10,711 nucleotides of DNA, taken from assembly GCA_036478295.1 (NCBI GenBank), contig JAZGDW010000021.1:1-10711 (forward strand), in the 5' to 3' direction. A program made the translations under genes and the position numbers. The notes beneath the pieces are model-generated. The model did no database searches. It had not been told where the DNA came from and was given only the letters and a program-made list of their open reading frames with translations. This document shows positions 1 to 7,745 of this stretch, piece by piece (position 1 is the first letter of the stretch; every line of letters begins with the position of its first letter). This DNA comes from Candidatus Krumholzibacteriia bacterium. GTDB taxonomy: Bacteria > Krumholzibacteriota > Krumholzibacteriia > WVZY01.

Positions 1-421
1 CTTCTTCGCCCGTCGACGTCGACGCCGACCCCTCAGCCACTGTCTCCTGCGGAGGGAAGTCCTGCGGCGAAGTGTCCATGGGCGTGTCACCGGCCCGACC
101 CAGCATCACCATATCCCTGGCAACGACCTCAGTAGAATACTTTTTGGTCCCCGACTGGTCTTCCCAGGAGCGAGTCTGAAGTCTGCCTTCGATATATACC
201 TGCTTGCCCTTCTTGAGGTACTCGTTGCAGATCTCGGCGAGTTTCGCCCAGGCCACCACGCGGTGCCATTCGGTTCGGGTTTCTTTTTCCCCGTTCTTGT
301 TCTTGAAAGTTTCACTGGTGGCGATGTTGAAATTGGCGACGGCGGTTCCGTTCGGCGTGTAGCGTATCGTCGGATCCGCACCCAGGTTCCCCACCAGAAT
401 AACTTTGTTTACCCCACTCAT
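1..421 (-). CDS. ssb: Single-stranded DNA-binding protein (3' end truncated by the window edge)
   Basis: Translated by hand from the ATG at 421: [101 protein letters not shown]..., a typical SSB OB-fold. It is followed by a low-complexity linker ending ...STGEE at the window edge, so the acidic tip is outside the window. SD GGGAGG at 433-428. Absent from the ORF track because there is no stop in the window. Confidence 0.97.
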   Translation of the reverse strand, partial: MSGVNKVILVGNLGADPTIRYTPNGTAVANFNIATSETFKNKNGEKETRTEWHRVVAWAKLAEICNEYLKKGKQVYIEGRLQTRSWEDQSGTKKYSTEVVARDMVMLGRAGDTPMDTSPQDFPPQETVAEGSASTSTGEE

Positions 422-530
422 CACATACCTCCCACTAACAGAAAAACTCGCGATTGGCACCGGCAGCGCGAGCGCCGCAGACCATCGCAGACCGCCGAAT
501 TTAGCACGCGGATCGCGTCCGCGTGCATAT

Positions 531-560
531 CTTATACCAGGAAAACCCGGCCGGGGTCAA
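531..560 (-). promoter_or_regulatory. Putative sigma70 promoter for ssb
   Basis: Minus strand reads TTGACC (560-555), 18-bp spacer, TATAAG (536-531), with TG in the extended -10 position. Confidence 0.5.
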
Positions 561-625
561 GCGGAGATTCCCCGGCTGGGGCCAGCGCGGGGCCAGCGAG
601 CGGTCCGTCCATGCTCGCCTGCGGT

Positions 626-743
626 GGTGCGGTGGGATGCGTGTTCTCAAGCGAGTTCCGCACGCGAGCAACCAATAACGTGCGAGCAGGAGGCTGGTGC
701 GCCGAGGACTGTCTGAGCATGAGAACACGCATCCCACCGCACC
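626..743. repeat. Perfect 24-bp inverted repeat with 70-bp spacer (REPIN/MITE-like)
   Basis: GGTGCGGTGGGATGCGTGTTCTCA (626-649) is the exact reverse complement of TGAGAACACGCATCCCACCGCACC (720-743). Confidence 0.9.
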
Positions 744-900
744 CGCTCGACACGCTCGCTCGCTGGCCCCGCCCTAGCCGCCGATGGGCAAAGAGGAGAG
801 TCTGGCGCGTACCCCGGCCCGTATGATATGCTCGATCGACTTACTTGCGAGATCGCCTGCACATTCCCCGCTGGCGTTACCCACGATGACGGAGGGTTTC

Positions 901-3900
901 ATGCTGATTCAACGCAAGTTCATTATTCTAAACGTATGCCTGGTCGCGCTGCTGCTGGTACCGGCGCTCGGCGGGGCGCAGACCAAGCTGCTGCGTTTTC
1001 CCGATATCCACGGCGGCAAGGTTGTCTTCTGCAATGCCGGTGACCTGTGGACGGCCAGCGCGAGTGGGGGCACGGCCACCCGCCTCACCACCCACTCCGG
1101 CCAGGAGCTTTTTCCGAAATTCTCGCCAGACGGCCAGTGGGTGGCGTTCACAGGCCAGTATGACGGTGACGAGCAGGTCTACGTCATCCCGACGGCGGGC
1201 GGCGTGCCCACGCAGTTGACTTTTTATCCCGCCAGGGGTCCCCTGCCTCCTCGCTGGGGATTCGACAACCAGGTCTACGGCTGGAACCGGGACGGCTCTG
1301 CGGTGCTTTTTCGCTCGATGCGTTATGGGTGGGACCTCACCGACACGCGTCTCTACACGGTCAAGACGTCGGGCGGACTCCCCGAACCACTCCCCATGCC
1401 GGTCTCCGGCGGCGGTGATTTCTCGCCGGACGGCGACCGGGTGGTCTACTCACCGCTCATTCGCGATTTCCGTACGTGGAAACGGTACCAGGGCGGCTGG
1501 GCCCAGGATCTCTACATTTTCGATCTGAAAACCTACGAGGCAACCCAGGTAACCGATCACCCGCGCAGCGACCGCGACCCGATGTGGATCGGCGACAAGG
1601 TTTACTTTTCCTCTGACCGCGACGGCACCCTGAACCTCTATTCCTACGACCCCGCCTCGGGAGCGACCGAGCAGCTCACGCGCAGCAACAAGTACGATGT
1701 GCGCTGGCCGAGCGCCGATGCGGCCGGCCGCATCGTTTACGAGCTTAGCGGCGAACTGCAGGTCTTTGACACGGCTACCGGGAAATCCCAGGCCATCTCC
1801 ATCCGGGTTCCCAACGACGGCGTCGCCATGCGGCCGTCGCACGTCTCCGCCTCCGACAACATCGAAGCCTTCGGACTCAGCCCAAAGGGGAAACGCGCCG
1901 TCTTCGCCGCACGCGGCGACATCTTCACCGCACCGATCGAGAAAGGGCCGACACGCAATCTCACCAACTCCTCGGGTGCGCATGACAAGTGGCCGCGGTG
2001 GTCACCTGACGGCAAGAAGATCGTTTTCATTTCGGACATGGACGGCGAGGAGGAACTCCACCTGGTCAACCAGGACGGTTCGGGCAAGGTCGAACAGCTG
2101 ACCGACAACGGCGGCGAGATGCGCTACCTCCCCGTCTGGTCACCGGACGGCAAACGCATCGCGTTTAGCGACAAGAACGGTCGCCTGTTCGTCGTGGAGG
2201 TCAAGAGCAAAGCTGTCACCCAGGTGGCTGACGACAAGGTGGGCACCGTCACCGACTACACGTGGTCGCCGAACGGTGGTCACCTCTCCTTCAGCCTGGG
2301 CGACGAGACATCCTTCAACTCGATATACATCTGGAGCGTCAAGGGTTCGAAGCTCCGCCGCATTACCGGTTCCTATTTCAACGAATTCGAGCCGGTGTGG
2401 GATCCGTCGGGAGATTATCTCTATTATATCAGCGATCGCCAGTTCGCCCCGCAGATAGGCTCTTTCGAGTGGAATTACCTGATCGATCGCGAATCGGGCA
2501 TCTATGCGCTGGCACTCCGCAAGGACGTCAAGCACCCCTTCCCGCCCGAGAGCGACGAAGTGTCCACTGAAGACGAAAGCAAGGACGACGATAAAGATGA
2601 CAAGGAGAAGAAAGACAAGGACAAAGACGAGAAAGAAGAGAAAGAAAAGGAAGTCATCAAGGTTGATTTCGACGGCCTCACCGATCGGGTCGTGCGCGTG
2701 CCGGTGAGCGATGACAATTACTCCAACCTGAACGCCATCGAAGGGCATCTACTCTACACGCGCGGCGGGCCGTTCTACTACGGACGCTCCAGTGACGTCA
2801 AGGCGTCGCTTCGCATCTTCGACATCAAAGAGCGCAAGGAGAGCACCCTCGCAGAGGACATCTCCGGCTATACGCTCTCGCACGACGCCAAGAAGATCCT
2901 CGTCCGGCAGTCGGACAAGTATAACCTCTACGACGCCAAGCCCAAACCCGGTGACAAGAAGACCGTGTCCACCGACGGGCTCATGGTGGATCGGGTTCCC
3001 GCCAAGGAATGGGCGGAGATTTTCGATGAGGTATGGCGGCGTTTTCGCGACTTCTTCTATGTCGAGAACATGCATGGCTACGACTGGAAGGAGATCGGTG
3101 CTCGCTACCGTCCGTTACTCGAGCATGTCGCACACCGCGCCGACCTCAATTATGTACTCGGCGAGATGATCGCCGAACTCAGCGTCTCCCACGCCTACAT
3201 TTCGGGGGGCGACTACGAAACCCCCGACCGCCCGCAGGCCGCCCTGCCGGGGGCGCGCTTCGAGCTGGACGAGAAGGCGGGCCGTTACCGTATCTCCCGG
3301 ATCCTCCGCGGCCAGAACGAGGAGGATCGCTACCGCGCACCGCTCACCGAGATCGGCATGGACGTTCGGGAAGGCGACTATGTGTTGGCGATCGACGGTG
3401 AGGACCTCACCGCGGACAAGAACCCGTACCAGCTGCTACTGAACAAAGCGGACCGGCCCGTGGAGCTCACGCTCAGCGACAAACCATCTGCGAAAGACAC
3501 CCGCAAGATCAGCTACAAGCCCATCACCCAGGAGCGCAGCCTCGTATACTTGAACTGGGTGCAGAAGAATCGGGCGAAGGTCGAGGAGGCCACAAAAGGG
3601 CGTGTGGGTTACCTGCACATCCCGGACATGGGCTCGAACGGCATCCGTGAGTTCATCAAGTGGTTCTACGGGCAGATTCGCAAGGAAGGCCTCGTCATCG
3701 ACGTGCGCGGCAACGGCGGAGGCAATGTGTCACAGATGCTGATCGAGCGCCTGCGGCGGGAGCTTTTGAGCCTCGATTACTCGCGCAACAACGAGTACGC
3801 CTGGCCGTACCCGGCCACGGTGTTTCACGGACACCTCGTGTGCATCCTGAATCAGACCTCTGCCTCGGACGGCGATATCTTTCCCGCCATGTTCCGCCAG

Positions 3901-4215
3901 GCCGGCCTGGGGCCGCTCATCGGCAAGCGCTCGTGGGGCGGCGTTATCGGCATCTCCAGCCACGGGCCGCTGCTCGACGGCGGGTCGGTGTACGTGCCGG
4001 AGTACGGATTTCTGAACGCGGACGGCGAATGGGCCATCGAGAACTACGGGGTGGACCCGGACATCGTGGTGGAAAACGATCCCAAGTCGGTGATCGAGGG
4101 GCGCGACCGGCAGCTCGAGCGCGCTATCGAGGAAGTGATGGAAGCGATGCGCCGTGAACCGAAGAAGATGCCGAAGCGCCCGCGCGACCCGGTGCGCACA
4201 CAGGCGAAGAGGTAG
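901..4215 (+). CDS. Tricorn protease homolog (peptidase S41 with PD40 beta-propellers and PDZ domain), exported, about 1104 aa
   Basis: N-terminal LLRFPDIHG...GDLW and repeated P-x-[WF]SPDG propeller motifs. PDZ region VREGDYVLAIDG. S41 core GYLHIPDM, DVRGNGGG, ASDGD (catalytic Ser), SVSHAY (His), IENYGVDPD (Glu). Start moved from 784 to the ATG at 901 because SD GGAGGG lies at 891-896 and a signal peptide (MLIQRKFIILNVCLVALLLVPALGGA-Q) follows. D/E/K low-complexity linker at about 2550-2655. Confidence 0.95.
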   Translation: MLIQRKFIILNVCLVALLLVPALGGAQTKLLRFPDIHGGKVVFCNAGDLWTASASGGTATRLTTHSGQELFPKFSPDGQWVAFTGQYDGDEQVYVIPTAGGVPTQLTFYPARGPLPPRWGFDNQVYGWNRDGSAVLFRSMRYGWDLTDTRLYTVKTSGGLPEPLPMPVSGGGDFSPDGDRVVYSPLIRDFRTWKRYQGGWAQDLYIFDLKTYEATQVTDHPRSDRDPMWIGDKVYFSSDRDGTLNLYSYDPASGATEQLTRSNKYDVRWPSADAAGRIVYELSGELQVFDTATGKSQAISIRVPNDGVAMRPSHVSASDNIEAFGLSPKGKRAVFAARGDIFTAPIEKGPTRNLTNSSGAHDKWPRWSPDGKKIVFISDMDGEEELHLVNQDGSGKVEQLTDNGGEMRYLPVWSPDGKRIAFSDKNGRLFVVEVKSKAVTQVADDKVGTVTDYTWSPNGGHLSFSLGDETSFNSIYIWSVKGSKLRRITGSYFNEFEPVWDPSGDYLYYISDRQFAPQIGSFEWNYLIDRESGIYALALRKDVKHPFPPESDEVSTEDESKDDDKDDKEKKDKDKDEKEEKEKEVIKVDFDGLTDRVVRVPVSDDNYSNLNAIEGHLLYTRGGPFYYGRSSDVKASLRIFDIKERKESTLAEDISGYTLSHDAKKILVRQSDKYNLYDAKPKPGDKKTVSTDGLMVDRVPAKEWAEIFDEVWRRFRDFFYVENMHGYDWKEIGARYRPLLEHVAHRADLNYVLGEMIAELSVSHAYISGGDYETPDRPQAALPGARFELDEKAGRYRISRILRGQNEEDRYRAPLTEIGMDVREGDYVLAIDGEDLTADKNPYQLLLNKADRPVELTLSDKPSAKDTRKISYKPITQERSLVYLNWVQKNRAKVEEATKGRVGYLHIPDMGSNGIREFIKWFYGQIRKEGLVIDVRGNGGGNVSQMLIERLRRELLSLDYSRNNEYAWPYPATVFHGHLVCILNQTSASDGDIFPAMFRQAGLGPLIGKRSWGGVIGISSHGPLLDGGSVYVPEYGFLNADGEWAIENYGVDPDIVVENDPKSVIEGRDRQLERAIEEVMEAMRREPKKMPKRPRDPVRTQAKR

Positions 4216-4355
4216 GCGGCGCGCGGTTGGGTTGTTTCCGTCACCTCGCTCCTGGGGGCGGTGACGGTTGGATTGTCTCCGTCACCAACCCAACCACGCA
4301 CCGCCTACTTTCTCCGACAGGTGCACCGACAATCCAACCGTCCACCGCGCTCTGA
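4212..4355. repeat. REP-like extragenic repeat cluster (two forward and two inverted units)
   Basis: GTAGGCGGCGCGCGGTTGGGTTG (4212-4234) matches the reverse complement of 4286-4308 at 21/23 nt. GCGGTGACGGTTGGATTGTC (4258-4277) pairs with GACAATCCAACCGTCCACCGC (4328-4348) with one bulge. Same family as 5086-5391. Confidence 0.8.
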
Positions 4356-4364
4356 GTCCCGCGA

Positions 4365-4393
4365 GTGACTGACCACCAAAGATCTGCTATAAT
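4365..4393 (+). promoter_or_regulatory. sigma70 promoter with extended -10
   Basis: GTGACT (4365-4370), 17-bp spacer, TATAAT (4388-4393), preceded by TG at 4385-4386 (TGnTATAAT). SD-like GAGGGA at 4413-4418 before the ATG at 4426. Confidence 0.7.
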
Positions 4394-4425
4394 TGCTACG
4401 TTAGGTTCGGTTGAGGGAACTGATC

Positions 4426-5046
4426 ATGAAGCGGTATTCGGCATCTGCCGGCAGGAATTCGATCCCACCAAAAAAACTCCGCGTGGGCTTGTGCGGCCTC
4501 GGTTGTTTGAGGAATAACCTTCTCGCATTGCTGGGTTGTGCGCTGGTCGCGGGCACAACGACCGCACAGACGCTCGACGGCACGATCAGCCTTTATTCAG
4601 ATTCTCTTTTCACAACTTCTGAGGCGTCGGATACCGCACCGGGGATTCTTACCGTCTACGTTGTCCATGACAAGATGACGACAGGCCACGTGTCAGTCGA
4701 ATTCATGGTCAGTGGCGGCGGCGGGTTTACCGGAACATGGCTGGACGAAACGGTCCAGCAGCCAGTCTTTGTAGGCTCGAGCCCGAACGGGATAAGGATC
4801 GCGTATAATTTTTGTCTGTCACCACCAAACCATGTGCTGACCATACGATACTTTCTATCAGGCACATCCGCGACCAACAGTTATTTGCAAGTCCTACCGC
4901 ATCCTGAGGAGCCTACGCAGCAAATCATAGTCCAGGACTGCAGTTTTTGGTTGAGTCCCGCCGCCGGTGGCACGCTGCGGGTCAACCCAAGCGTTGTGCC
5001 CACGGAGGCCACGACATGGGGACGAATCAAAGCACTGTATCGGTGA
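4426..5046 (+). CDS. Secreted hypothetical protein (beta-rich) with C-terminal 'VPTEATTWGRIKALYR' motif
   Basis: ORF has its own promoter and SD. Hydrophobic signal region LLALLGCALVAGTTTA-Q, a beta-strand-like body, and a terminal TWGxIKALY motif. Start could alternatively be TTG 4411 or TTG 4507. Confidence 0.8.
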   Translation: MKRYSASAGRNSIPPKKLRVGLCGLGCLRNNLLALLGCALVAGTTTAQTLDGTISLYSDSLFTTSEASDTAPGILTVYVVHDKMTTGHVSVEFMVSGGGGFTGTWLDETVQQPVFVGSSPNGIRIAYNFCLSPPNHVLTIRYFLSGTSATNSYLQVLPHPEEPTQQIIVQDCSFWLSPAAGGTLRVNPSVVPTEATTWGRIKALYR

Positions 5047-5085
5047 GTGCATCCGACGCGACCCGTCGCAGAAACGAATTGCGGG

Positions 5086-5391
5086 GGTGCCTGTTGGATT
5101 GTTGACAGAGCCGTCGAGGGAGCGGGTCGTGGTGCGCAGATGGGTTGTCGACGGAACCATCGCGGGTACAGGGGGCGGTGCGTTGTTGGGTTGTCGACGG
5201 AACCATCGCGGGCACAGGGGGCGGTGCGCAGTTGGGTTGTCGACGGAACCGTCGCGGGAGCGAGCGAGGATCACCCGCAGCAGGCGGGTAGCCGAGCGAA
5301 GCGGAGCGCGGTGACGGAGACAATCCAACTGCGCACCGCCCCGCTCTGGAAGTGGAGCACGGCGACGGAAGTAATCCAACAACGCACCGCC
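5086..5391. repeat. REP-like cluster: four ~46-bp tandem units followed by two inverted units
   Basis: Forward units start at 5086, 5131, 5177 and 5223 (spacing 45/46/46), consensus GGTGCGnnGTTGGGTTGTCGACGGAACCRTCGCGGG; the first is the most degenerate. Inverted units at about 5303-5342 and 5354-5391 read GGCGGTGCGnnGTTGGATTRYYTCCGTCRCCGYGCTCC on the minus strand. Confidence 0.9.
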
Positions 5392-5408
5392 GACCAACGG
5401 CCAGACGT

Positions 5409-5948
5409 CTACGGATGCTGCGCCTGCAACTGCTCCAGTCGCGAGAACGCCTCCGAGAACTGCTCCTCCGCCTTTTCCATAAACTTGTTCACTTCGTCGA
5501 TGTAACCGTCCGTCGACGCCGACCACACCCGGTTGATGTAACGTTCTCCCGCCGCGAAATGGCTCATGATGTCGGCGTAATGCTGCAGGCCGTACTTGTG
5601 GCCGATCGCCTCGCGTGAGTCGGCGAAGGTTTCGAGGTCGTCCACCAGCAGCTCGTCGATGCGGTGGCGCATGTCGTAGGTGTTAATGTTCGATTTCTCC
5701 AGGTTGAGCTGGGTGACTTTCTTCACCACCGAGTGCAGGCTCTCATGGATGGTGCTGATGTTCGCCGCCACTTCCTCGACGGCCTGTGACTTTTGCCGGA
5801 TCGCCATGCGAACCAGCACCACGCCGGCCACTCCCGCCAGGATCAGCGGGACAAACCAGACCCACTGGATCTCGATCGTCTGATGGACCGCGGCCAGCGA
5901 GCTTGCCAGGAACGATAGTGCGATTAGAATATATCCGAGCGTTCTCAT
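5409..5948 (-). CDS. Hypothetical membrane protein (two N-terminal TM segments plus helical soluble domain), 179 aa
   Basis: ATG at 5948 with SD AAGGAG upstream. Hydrophobic segments LGYILIALSFLASSLAAV and WVWFVPLILAGVAGVVLV. Codon usage resembles its neighbours. Lies 30 bp downstream of the OPT gene. Confidence 0.85.
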   Translation of the reverse strand: MRTLGYILIALSFLASSLAAVHQTIEIQWVWFVPLILAGVAGVVLVRMAIRQKSQAVEEVAANISTIHESLHSVVKKVTQLNLEKSNINTYDMRHRIDELLVDDLETFADSREAIGHKYGLQHYADIMSHFAAGERYINRVWSASTDGYIDEVNKFMEKAEEQFSEAFSRLEQLQAQHP

Positions 5949-5978
5949 TTCTTCTCCTTTTCCGGATCGCCAGCCGTT

Positions 5979-7745
5979 TTACAACCCCGTGATCACATAA
6001 TAGATGGCCGCTCCAACACCCACCAGCGCCTCGCCCACGATCAGGCCCGCCGCGATCGGCACGCCGACGTCGTGGCTCCACCGGTGACCCTTCTTGGCAT
6101 CGGTGCTGACGCGTACAACGCTACCGATGGTGTAGGTCAGTACGATGTTGAACGGCAGATAAAACCCGAGTCCGACCAGCACCCCGAGACCGCCGATACC
6201 GCTGGCGCTGAGGACCGCTCCGATCGCCGCGCCGCCGATATACTTTTGCACGGGCACGCTGCCACCGAGGATACTACTCACCATGCTCGCCAGCGCCTGG
6301 CCCTGCGGCGCGGGCAAGCGCTCGCTACCCAGCGTGTAAGCCTTGTGCAGCACGAAGATGAGCACCATGACGACAATCGGGCCGAGCCACGTTCCCATGA
6401 ACTGCGCCATCTGCTGCCGCCTCGGCGTCGCACCGACCAGGTACCCGGTCTTGAGGTCCATCATGAGATCCGTCGCCTGCGACATCGCGACACACATCGC
6501 CGCCCCCACCATGATCGACGCGATGATCGCGCCGCGGTCGCCGATACCGCTGGCTACGAAGATCAAAACGGTAATACCGATGAGCGTCATACCGCTCAGC
6601 GGCGACCAGTTCGTGCGCCCGATACACTCGGACAGGATGACCCCCGCTATCCAGATCCACAATGTACCCAGGATCGCCATCGTCCCTCCACGGACGATCC
6701 CCACCTCCATAGTTGAGCGAATCGCGATGATAAAAAGGAGCACGAACGCCCCCGCGATCGCCATGAAAAGCAGCTTGATCGGCATTTCATCCTGCGCGAT
6801 GCCGCCCTTCAGCCTGGCCGCCGTCTGCATGCTGCGGATGGCGCTGACCACCAGCGGAAACGCGAGGAAGATACCCATAAAGGCGCCGCCGATCAGCATG
6901 CCGATTCCCACGGGCCTGAACAGGGTGCCCCGCAGGTACTCCGGTATCGATTGGCCGCCCAACTCGGCGACCGGCGGGATCAGTCCCATGCCGTTCAAGA
7001 TCGGCGCGAGAATCCAGTAACAAACGTAGCCCCCGACGACGAAGTACACACCGCCTCTCCCGGCCAGGTAGCCGGTGCCGACGGTCAGCAGCGAGATGAA
7101 CCAGAAGCCGTTCATGTACGCGGGCATTCCTATCCAGCCGCCCAGTGGAATGTTGCCGACGCCCGAGATTTGTACGTACAGCTGCACCGCCGCGCTTACC
7201 CCCGCGGCGATCAGCAGCATCTGCGCCTTTTTCATCCCCGCCCCGGGGGATTTCAGAATCGCCGCCACTGCGATGCCGCCCGGGAACGCCAGCCGGTTGT
7301 AGTCGATCATCTGTTTGCGCAGCGGAATGATGAAGGCCACACCGAGGACGCCGCCGGCGATGGCCCCCAGCACCATGAAGTAGGGGTTGAAATTCGTCAG
7401 CCCGAGGCCGGTGAAACCGTAGCTGGGGTCCGAGTCGAGGATAAAGATCGCCGGTACGGAAAACATCATACCCGCCGATGCGCCGTTGACCGCGCTGGCT
7501 ATGGTCTGGTTGATGTTGTTTTCGATGATACTCGTCCGGCGCATGAGGCCGCGCAGGATACCGAAGCCGAGAATTGCGGCGAGTTCGGATCCCTCGATCG
7601 AAAAACCGAGAATCAGTGCCGCGTACCCGATGCTGATCGCGATCAAAACACCGAGAAAGTACCCGACCACGAGACCGGGTACGGTCAGCTCCGGATAAGG
7701 GCCCCTGCGGATTACCCTGTCTAATTGAGCGCTATCTTCAGCCAA
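5979..7745 (-). CDS. OPT/YSL-family oligopeptide transporter, about 588 aa
   Basis: Highly polytopic membrane protein with OPT-family hallmarks: PELT at the N-terminus, ENNINQTIASA, IPLRKQMI...L-x-FPGG, MDLKTGYLVGATPRRQQ, LPAPQ, GLIVGEAL. Start placed at TTG 7745 because AGAGGAG lies 6 nt upstream; the track used 7769. Confidence 0.92.
   Translation of the reverse strand: MAEDSAQLDRVIRRGPYPELTVPGLVVGYFLGVLIAISIGYAALILGFSIEGSELAAILGFGILRGLMRRTSIIENNINQTIASAVNGASAGMMFSVPAIFILDSDPSYGFTGLGLTNFNPYFMVLGAIAGGVLGVAFIIPLRKQMIDYNRLAFPGGIAVAAILKSPGAGMKKAQMLLIAAGVSAAVQLYVQISGVGNIPLGGWIGMPAYMNGFWFISLLTVGTGYLAGRGGVYFVVGGYVCYWILAPILNGMGLIPPVAELGGQSIPEYLRGTLFRPVGIGMLIGGAFMGIFLAFPLVVSAIRSMQTAARLKGGIAQDEMPIKLLFMAIAGAFVLLFIIAIRSTMEVGIVRGGTMAILGTLWIWIAGVILSECIGRTNWSPLSGMTLIGITVLIFVASGIGDRGAIIASIMVGAAMCVAMSQATDLMMDLKTGYLVGATPRRQQMAQFMGTWLGPIVVMVLIFVLHKAYTLGSERLPAPQGQALASMVSSILGGSVPVQKYIGGAAIGAVLSASGIGGLGVLVGLGFYLPFNIVLTYTIGSVVRVSTDAKKGHRWSHDVGVPIAAGLIVGEALVGVGAAIYYVITGL

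Noticed and set aside
263..862. ORFs 263..826, 405..716, 501..737, 532..753, 647..862 and 106..381
   Set aside because: They are antisense or off-frame to ssb, or run across the promoter and inverted-repeat region. No recognisable domains.
2550..2655. Purine-rich repetitive stretch inside the tricorn gene
   Set aside because: It encodes an in-frame D/E/K low-complexity linker common in bacterial tricorn homologs, not a separate element.
5086..5262. 46-bp tandem as a CRISPR array
   Set aside because: The segments between conserved blocks are only about 10 nt and nearly identical (TACAGGGGGC versus CACAGGGGGC), inverted copies follow, and there are no cas genes.
4894..5526. ORFs 4894..5526, 4967..5314, 5027..5323 and 5047..5505
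   Set aside because: They are translations of the GC-rich repeat cluster. The 46-bp period is not a multiple of three, and they overlap real genes.
6072..7724. Long plus-strand ORFs opposite the OPT gene, and similar shadow ORFs within tricorn and trpS
   Set aside because: Typical antisense or alternate-frame ORFs of high-GC coding DNA with no domain signal.
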